The notes under the pieces: generated by a model
What the model saw: only the letters and a program-made list of their open reading frames with translations
What the model was told of the DNA's origin: nothing
The model's database searches: none
Translations under genes and position numbers: made by a program
Source: Adineta vaga
Taxonomy: Eukaryota; Animalia; Rotifera
Length of the DNA: 64,000 nucleotides
Direction: 5' to 3'
NCBI GenBank assembly: GCA_021613535.1
Contig: CP075496.1
Location: forward strand, 11,470,001 to 11,534,000
In this document: one piece after another, positions 55,684-64,000 of the stretch
Position numbering within the stretch: the first letter of the stretch is position 1
Layout of the letters: every line of letters starts with the position of its first letter

Positions 55684-58665
55684 TTAGCCGATTGTTAATA
55701 CAACACCTCGATGTATCAAATTTTCTTTAACATATTTTGTTAATGGAGAAGTTAAAACTTCAGCAAGAGTTGTATCAACAAATAATCGAGGTAAAACATC
55801 AATACATCCATCTTCTAATGGATTGATTAATATAGCAGCAATAATATCTTCTTGAGCACATTGAAGATCATCTGTAAGAAATTTAACACGCGATCTGGAG
55901 ACATAATATTTCGCAACGGATGGATTCACACTTATAGCTCTGGTTAACTCAGTAGCAGATTCCTTCGAAAGAAAAATAAACCATAATTCGACACGAAAGA
56001 AAAGAGAATATCAACAAACCAGATATCGTTTTTCTTTATATAATTGTTCAGCTTTATTAAAAAATACATTTGAAATACGTAATTTAATTTCATTATTATC
56101 TGGTGATAATTCCAATGCTTGTTCGTAATCTTGTAAAGCAAATGTTATTTGTCCTCTTGAAATGAAACAATCTATTGTAAGAGAAAGATTGATTATTTCT
56201 CCATTGATATGTTTGAATAGAGAATACAAACCTCCTCGATTAATATATAATCCAGCAGAGTTTTTTTCACTATTAATTGCTCGATTTAATAGATTAATTG
56301 CATCATCATAGAATCCTGTCTGTAAACATTTCAATGAACATTCATTATAAATAAAAACAAATTGTTTTTGTGCTTGTTGATAGAGTGAATTCTCTTCATT
56401 ATGTCCTGTTTTATCGAATAATAATAAACATTCGTCTGTTGCTAATTCGAATTTTCCCATTTTTCGATAGATAACACTTCTATACAGATGAAAATATTCA
56501 TTTAGCAATGAAGAGAAAATAAATGATCTATGAAATATGCACCTTTGTAAATGAAATTCAGCTTCGATAGGATATAAATCAAGGGCAAGATTTATCGCTG
56601 AAAGTGCATTAGTTAAATGCTCATTAATTGACATACGTATGGAATTATCTCGAGCATTTTTTGCAGCTTCTTCAAGTGCAGTCATCATACGAATAGCCAT
56701 TGGATGATGTTCGTCGATCGTAAGAGCATCACGCACATCATAAAAGCAAAGTGGGAGCTAAAATGATAAAAAAACTGAGGTGATATCGTGAGAATAAAAC
56801 CATCTGTTCATTAAAGTTTAAAAAGGTACTGATTCCGAATCAAAAAACACATTCCCGAAAATCGAAAACATGAAACTTCTTCTTATCGTTTTGATTACTG
56901 CTCAAATCTATGGGGCACTTTGCACTAGTGCTCCTCTTACAGAACAACGTGGTCTCATGGATATTTGGGATTTTCTTAGTCCAGCAGTTATGCCCGTTGC
57001 TCTAGGTATTGATAATGCTATGGCTACAGTTTCAAATATTCATAATTCTGTTTCAAATGCTATTTCTGGGGCTGTTCATGGTGTTACATCATGGATTGGT
57101 GGTATACTTCCTCCACTTGGTAAACGTGATGTAGAAGTTGATATTCGTGTGAATCTTTTATCTGAACTTAAATCATTTCAATTCGGTCTTCAACAAACAT
57201 TCTTGGAACTTGTTCAAGCTATCTTAAATGGAAAACTTGCTATTCAATTTCGACAAATCATTGCTAAATTTAGCGCTTTCCTCAAAACACATTTAAATAC
57301 CATCAATAATATGATTACTAATTTAATTCCTACAATTGAAAATGTAGTAGGAACTCAAGCTATTAGCAGTTGTTTAAATGCTGTTCAAGTTATTGAAGAA
57401 GCTATCAAGAAAATTCAAGCTCTTTTTTCTTTGTAAAACTTTACAAATGAAATAAATATCAAACCTTTGCTTTATCTTTGTAATATAATCGAGCACGAAT
57501 AATCAACAAATCAGCATTATCACTATAGTCTTCAATCATTTGATTGATTAATGCAATTGCTTCATCTATTTTATCCAAAGCCGTCAAACATAGAACACTA
57601 AAAAGAATTTCTTTTATACAAAGATGATTCTATAGAAAGATACCTATAAACTTGAAATGGAAATGTACTAAATACATCAGCACCAGTTGCAATGATACTT
57701 AATGCATCGATATAAAGTTTTTGATCAAATAATGATATACCAGACATATAACGAAGAAAAGCGATTTTATCATTGGTTAATTTTTCTTCATTTGAAAGTG
57801 GTACAGGACGTGCAGGGATTATTAATTGTTGTGATTGTTGTTTTTGACTGGTAACTTGTTTATATGAAATACCTTTTTGTAAACTTAAAATTGAACTTTG
57901 AAAATCACATAGATTCAAATAGATTTCTGAACGCATTTCATAAAGTGGAATATGATATGGTTTTAATAGAAGACATTTATTAATATATACTAATGCTAAT
58001 TCATAATTTGTACGTTTTTCTAAGAGTTCCACTGCTTTTTCGTAACTGTAATATATCGAAAAGAAAATGACATGAAGTTCTTTGGAAATCTATTAACTTA
58101 CAATTCACCACAATGACTATCAGTTACACCTTTCAATGCATCTCGTAAACCTGCTCCTAAATTACATAGAAAAACAACCTTTAAAAGTAAGACATTCAAA
58201 TAAAATATACCTTTTGACCAACCACCTGGTAAAAACGTTTCGATAGCATATCGTTCGTAAACTTCAGCATCAATTTCAGTTGAAAATACATCTTCCTAAA
58301 CAAGTCATTAACGTCATCAAGCAATGTTACTTAATACAAAAGAGATATTGTGTCAAACACTCGAACACACTTAGTGAAGAAGAAGATCTAAGAATCACTC
58401 ACAATTTCTTTTTCTTTTTTATTTTCTTCACTACAAATGATTTGAAATAAACTTCGAATAAATTCTACTTTATTCTTCTTAACTATTACCTAGTTGGTTG
58501 TTGCCAAACATATGCAGTTAATTGTCGATGAGCACTCTCCTGTTGTGTACGTGCATCATCAAAGCTAAGAAAATGTTGACGTGAAGCACCAGCACGAACA
58601 CTAACAATGCCAAGGGATCTTGGTAAATCACTTGGATTTCGTGAAATATCATATTTATCAACCAT
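55684..58665 (-). CDS. TTC16: Tetratricopeptide repeat protein 16-like
   Basis: Multiple TPRs; LYEMRSEIYLNLCDFQSSI, GLYINRG|DCF, FALQDYEQALELSP, NPSVAKYYVSRSR. Exons joined in frame from ATG 58665. Confidence 0.8.
56870..57436 (+). CDS. Nested intronless secreted prepro-protein (188 aa) inside TTC16 intron 56758-57464
   Basis: Signal peptide MKLLLIVLITAQIYGALC, EQR|GL and GKR processing sites, amphipathic helices, host-like codon usage, AATAAA at 57451. Confidence 0.82.
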   Translation: MKLLLIVLITAQIYGALCTSAPLTEQRGLMDIWDFLSPAVMPVALGIDNAMATVSNIHNSVSNAISGAVHGVTSWIGGILPPLGKRDVEVDIRVNLLSELKSFQFGLQQTFLELVQAILNGKLAIQFRQIIAKFSAFLKTHLNTINNMITNLIPTIENVVGTQAISSCLNAVQVIEEAIKKIQALFSL

Positions 58666-59097
58666 AATTGCTTATTATTTATATTCTACAATAAAGATTA
58701 TTGCTTAAGAATGGGATGTTTTTTTTTTAAATAAAGATTTTCTTTAACAAATAAATAAATAATTTTATTAAATAAGATTTTCATTGAAATACAACAATCA
58801 AAACGAACAAAACAACATATGAATTAATTCATAAAATAATTTCCATGATCACAACAAAGAAAATCGAATATATTTACAAAACAACAATTGATAACGAAAG
58901 CGAAAAACAAAAATAAAATAGATAAATAGAATGATTTGTTTAACTTTGAAGATATTGTTTTGTTTTGTTTTGACTTGACGAGAAAATATCAAATAAATAC
59001 GTAGATTTTGTTATCTTTATTTTACTAGATGAAGATCTTGTATATATTTCATAAATGGAATTCAATTTAACATCTGACAAACAGCCATGGTTTGTTT

Positions 59098-60872
59098 TTA
59101 TTGAGATTTAATTATATTTTGTTCTTCTAAACGTTTTAATTCTTGTAAAACTGGAATATTTATCATCATATCTGGTTCTAATATATTCCAATAAATACGT
59201 GTTGGTCGTTGAAATAAACGTTTTGTATAAATATATCGTTTTGGTGTAACAATAATATCAACAGGTAAATCATGTTGTTCCATAATATGATTTGGTATAT
59301 CATTAACTAATTGACTTTCATGACATGTAGTAATAACAATAGTTTTATTTGATACACAACCCATTTGAGACATAATTGCGTATTCTAAATCAGCATAACC
59401 TTTACCTTTACCAATCCGAGCACCGGTTATAGGATTGACAACTACGGATGAGATGACAACCATGTCAACATGAATTTGTTTTAATGCTTGTAATTGTATA
59501 ACAGTACCTAATTCAGCTACACCAGTCTTTGTTGCTGCCCATTCAATTTGATTTCGACGTAGAAATTTCGGTTCTAATTTATAAAATAAAGCTGAATCTA
59601 AATTAGAAGTATTGAAGTAAGATTTTTATTTCATCAGAATTGAATTGTACGAACCAAGTGATGGTGTTGGAGTTAGAAGAACTTTATTATACGCTAATGC
59701 TAAATAGCGAAGAGGTTCCTGAGCAAGTGATGGATTAATTTTAATAACTCGTGCTCGTTTGAAACATTCTAAACTCGTGACATTTTCTGCAGCGATTTCA
59801 CAATAACGAAAATTTGGTATACGACCATGTGCTGGACGTGGAAAACGTACTTCATTTCTATGCAAAAACAAAATCATAATAATGTTGATGATTTGTTTCT
59901 TAGTTTTCTCTCGAATACTCACTTCATTTCCATTAAATCCCAAACAAGTTGTCGAGCACGTGCTTTGAATAATTTGATATTTGTACTTGCCATTAGAATT
60001 GATTCTGATTTTGTTGGTTTTAATTCTATTGTTTTTGGTTCATTTCGTTGTTTTATCCAAAGATTCATTTTTACAAGAACTTCCGAAATATTTTTACTTT
60101 TCAATGTATTATTGCAAGTTATTAAACCATCGACTATATCTCCAATACAAATCCATTCATGAATATATTGTCGATGTTGATGACGCATTTTATGAGCATA
60201 TTTTGTTGGTGTACATTTAATATCATTGTTTGTTTCAGTATCATTCACGGAAGTTTTTACTGTTGATTCTTCGTATGTTAATAAATTGGAATAACCAATT
60301 GCATTACAAACAACAGAAGAATTGTAATCAACGTCAAGAGCGCAAACTGAAGAGGAAATTGATCAAATCATTTGTTGTCGAATAGTTTAGTAGGACTTAC
60401 CACATAGATCAGATGCTGCACCAGTTGAATAAAACATACAACGATGTTTAAAATCTAATCGTTGTTCGATCATTGTCAAAAGTGGATCATTCGAAATTGT
60501 ATTTCCTGATGTTGATGAACAAGAGAATGCACGTCGACAAGAACCTTCTTCTGGAATTGGTGATAAACTAATCTCTGTTGTTGTTGAACCAGTTGATGTT
60601 GAAGTTACAGCTGTTTGTTTTATCATGGTTGGTCGATCAATATCAAGTAAACCGCAAAGAAAATCAGATGAATAAATTATATCACATACAGTTCTTTGGG
60701 AACCATGTTTAGATATTTCAACTTCATATGGAGATAAAAAATACCGATCTTTTTTACGAATAAAATTATAATAGAGTAAAAAATGTGGAAATTCTTCAAT
60801 CATTGTCACCGGAAAAAACATTAGCTTCATCTTCAGTTGATCTTCAGATCTTTTTGACTTGTATTTTTTCAC
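59098..60872 (-). CDS. MTHFSD: Methenyltetrahydrofolate synthetase domain-containing protein with long N-terminal extension; true start uncertain
   Basis: KARARQLVWDLME, FPRPAHGRIPNF, IKINPSLAQ, GARIGKGKGYADLEYA, TTCHESQ, HDLPVDIIVTP. The upstream exon 60395-60875 splices in frame. Confidence 0.85.
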
Positions 60873-61915
60873 ATCTAAAAATCGACAAAAGATATTCTAC
60901 TATCTTTTCTTCGCATAAAAATAAAATGTAGAAACAAAAACATACAAAACAGGAAGATAAAGAGAAAGAATCAATGATAAAATGTTTCTAATCGACAAAC
61001 GAATTCCGTGTCATCCATGTATCGAACAATTCAAATCTAAAATAAAACATTTAAAAACTAAATTTTTTCTTCGAAATTTCATTCAATATCTGATGATTTT
61101 CAGATGTGAACAAAAAAATCAAATTGACTAGGATCACGAATGTGTTTTTATTAAATATATGTATGTATATAATGATAGAAGACGGAAAAAATTCTGATCA
61201 TGGAAAGTACAGGGTTTACAAATAAAATTAATCATAAAATAAAATCAAACTAAATACATGACATGACGAATGTTTAATTACGGAAAATATAGAGAATATC
61301 TGTGCGTCAAAATGGAAAAAAAGAAAAGAAAAGAAAAGAAGTTGAAAGCAAAATATTTAAGGAATTATTTTCTCTTGAAAAAGTAACATCAGTGATTATA
61401 TACCACAGATGTTTGTATGTTTCTATGTCAATATAGAAATAAAGATAAAGATTTCTAGAAAAACAACATAAATTATTGTAGAGATGAAATGCAAAAAAAA
61501 GAAACAAATGACAATTGCTATGCACATACAATGACTGTTTTCGAGAGGGAAGAAGAGCAGTAAGAGGAAGAAAACTGGCACATACACAATCTACACAATT
61601 CTTTTAATGAAATATCTAGAATAAATGAAATATCGGGAGGAAAGCAAACTACGAATTTTTTTCTCGCATTTCTTTTCTTTTTGTTTGATTTGTAGAAATA
61701 ATCACTATTGATTATGATGCTCATTACCGGAATAGAAACAGACAGTAGTTAGACATGAAAGAAAGAAGCTGTGCAATAGTCAATATTGAATAAACATAGG
61801 TGTAATGAATTGCATGAAAATGAAACAAATAGTAAAGAAAAAAATCGAGCTTTTAAATACACGGAAAGAAAAGACAATATCAAAGACGACAAAATATAAT
61901 ATGCTAAATAAAATA

Positions 61916-64000
61916 TTAATTTCGTTGTGGAACTGGTGGCCGTTCGAGTGGTCGTGGAGGAACCGGTATTGGCCGTCTAAAATAGAGAAATAGATATGAA
62001 AATTTATATGAAAGAATACGAAATATGTCGTTTGCAATGCAACAACGAAATGAATATCGAAAAAGCATAAGTTAAGAAGGACGCACAAAGTTAGAGAATA
62101 GAGAAGAAAAAGTTTATAGCAACATTTGTTGTTGTTCTTCTCTTCGAAAAGAACTTACAGTGGTGTTAAAGGTGGTGGTAAGCCTCCTGGTTGAGGACTT
62201 ACTCTACCGTATTGATTCATTGATGATCTGGAAAGAAATTGAAAGAAGCGTTGGAAAAGAAAGTCATGCATTTTTAGCGAAGAAATCAATTCATGTCCTA
62301 AGATATTATTTAATTTGTCAGTGTTATTCATTCATCTAAACCTACGACGATATTGCTAAACCATTCTGATATGTAAATGTATGAAAAGGATCTAATTCAT
62401 CAAATAAATTAGATGCTGATTGCACTACGAACTGAGTTTGCCTACAAGAATATATATATATATATATATTAATACAGAATAGTACTTTCATGTCAAATGA
62501 AGCATTAACAAGAACTTTCCTTGTCACATGAATTAGCGTCAATATTCTTCACTCACATAACTTTACTCGACACTTTTTCATTTACTTTCGAAAACATATG
62601 TGATTGAGATTTACGTGTTGATATAAATCTACTAGCAAGATTTGATAGATATTCAATCAAATGTTTACATACTGAGGCATCATAGGTGTAGGTAAAGCTT
62701 GATTGCCACCCATAGCATTTGGTCGGATTGGTGGTTGAGGTGGTTCCCGTGCAGAAAATGACATTGGAGTTGGATTCATTGGTGCCGGCTGTTTCCGTTG
62801 TGGATTTGGACTAACCGGACGATTTCTAATTAGAAAAAGTAATCAATTAAAAATAAAAGTAAAAGATTTTTCACATGTTCTTTACCCTCCAAATGGTTGT
62901 TGTTGTTGAAAATATGATGTTGAGTCAAAAGAATTATTTGGTATATTTGATGCTGGTGCAAAATTATTATTCATTGAATTGTTCATTGATGCACTCGACA
63001 CTCCAGCAGCTAGGACTGATGCAGGCATGACTGATCCAGCAACTTTTCGTGCATTAATATGGAAATTTTCAATAATAGTCAAAGCCTAGAAAAGGAATTT
63101 TATATAAGAACTAAGCAATGCTACTTATACAGATAAAACATACACTTTTAACAGCTTCATATTCTGCAATTTTCGTTTCCCGACGTTGTCGTTCTTCTTC
63201 TGATTCTTGTAGTAAAGCTTTCTAAAAATTTAAATCATCATCAATATCATTTTTCTGCATAAAAGAATGTTCTTACTGGATCAGGAAGAGCATAGAGATG
63301 CGCCAATAATTCTTTTGATACAAATTTTTGCACCTAAATCAAATAAAATTCAATAAAAAAATCTTTCAATCAGATAAACAGTTTCCATTCACATTTTGAA
63401 CAATATTGAACATAATTGCTTTTGGAATGTAATCACGTGTCATTTTAGCTACAATTTGCATATATGATGATACTAATTTGTTAATTGTTTCAACTTGTCG
63501 TTCCATATGTGGATCAATTGGACCAACTTCAGCTGTAATCTATGAATTGACAACGTAATAAAGGTATACAAATGTTTTTTTTTATTCCCTTACTGTTGTA
63601 TCTTCCGTATGTAGCTCACGTTCAAGATAAATGCCAGCACGTAAGAAAGATGCTTTCCATGTATCTAATTCTTCAGTATTATCAACTGATAATTCAAGTA
63701 CTTTATGTTCTTTATAAACATTTCTAAAAATTAATGATTTTTATTTTTGTAAGTCAATATCATAATGATAAATATCAATGATTACTTACTTTCCTTCAGT
63801 ATGAAAGATTGCAAATTGAGGTCGTTTAGCCATGAAACCACCTTCAACATCTCGAATTTTAAGATTTTCTAATGGTAACATATATTTCTTATCTTTTTCC
63901 TTAAAAAACAAACATTATTCATTTATCAATGTATTTTGGAAATATTTGCAACATACATCTGAATCAGTGAACCATGATAAATTATCTGTTGATAAAACGA
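61916..64000 (-). CDS. DNM1: Classical dynamin, 3' part (PH, GED, proline-rich domain); 5' end lies outside the window
   Basis: [66 protein letters not shown]; PRD ends [19 protein letters not shown]. Confidence 0.93.

Noticed and set aside
45081-60248. GGH and MTHFSD as a folate-pathway gene cluster
   Set aside because: They are separated by five unrelated genes and MTHFSD has no established folate activity; probably coincidence.
60700-60760. DRYF and YEVEISK as a CYTH/triphosphate-tunnel motif in the MTHFSD extension
   Set aside because: Motif order and spacing do not match ExExK...DxYF; too weak.

Overview
Eukaryotic, AT-rich, gene-dense DNA with many ~50-80 nt GT-AG introns. The intron size, the lineage-type GPCR and coiled-coil/beta-propeller families, and an intron-bearing bacterial-type gene suggest a bdelloid rotifer (inference, not proven). 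About 25 protein-coding genes were reconstructed by hand: TBC1D23, FARP, NDUFB9, MEP-1-like ZnF, Spot14/MID1IP1, SPTLC1, an SDR epimerase, SNRPB, RPS29, a GPCR, choline sulfatase betC, an FBXL4N-BTB gene, a TASOR/TEX15-like DUF3715 gene, three CC-propeller genes, a serpin, a small membrane protein, GGH, SLIMP, GTF3C2, TTC16 with a nested secreted-protein gene, MTHFSD and the 3' half of dynamin. Highlights: (1) a co-oriented minus-strand run of genes with stop-to-ATG gaps as short as 70 bp and splice acceptors just before the ATGs, which looks like an operon resolved by trans-splicing; (2) a GC-rich 13-nt perfect complement of the FARP alternative 5' splice site 2 kb downstream, a candidate RNA switch between FERM-only and FERM-RhoGEF isoforms; (3) a probable horizontally acquired betC with an intron; (4) a prepro-peptide gene filling a TTC16 intron; (5) a HUSH-like DUF3715 protein. 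Family calls come from recalled motifs; no searches were run. No rRNA, tRNA, CRISPR or intact transposon was seen.
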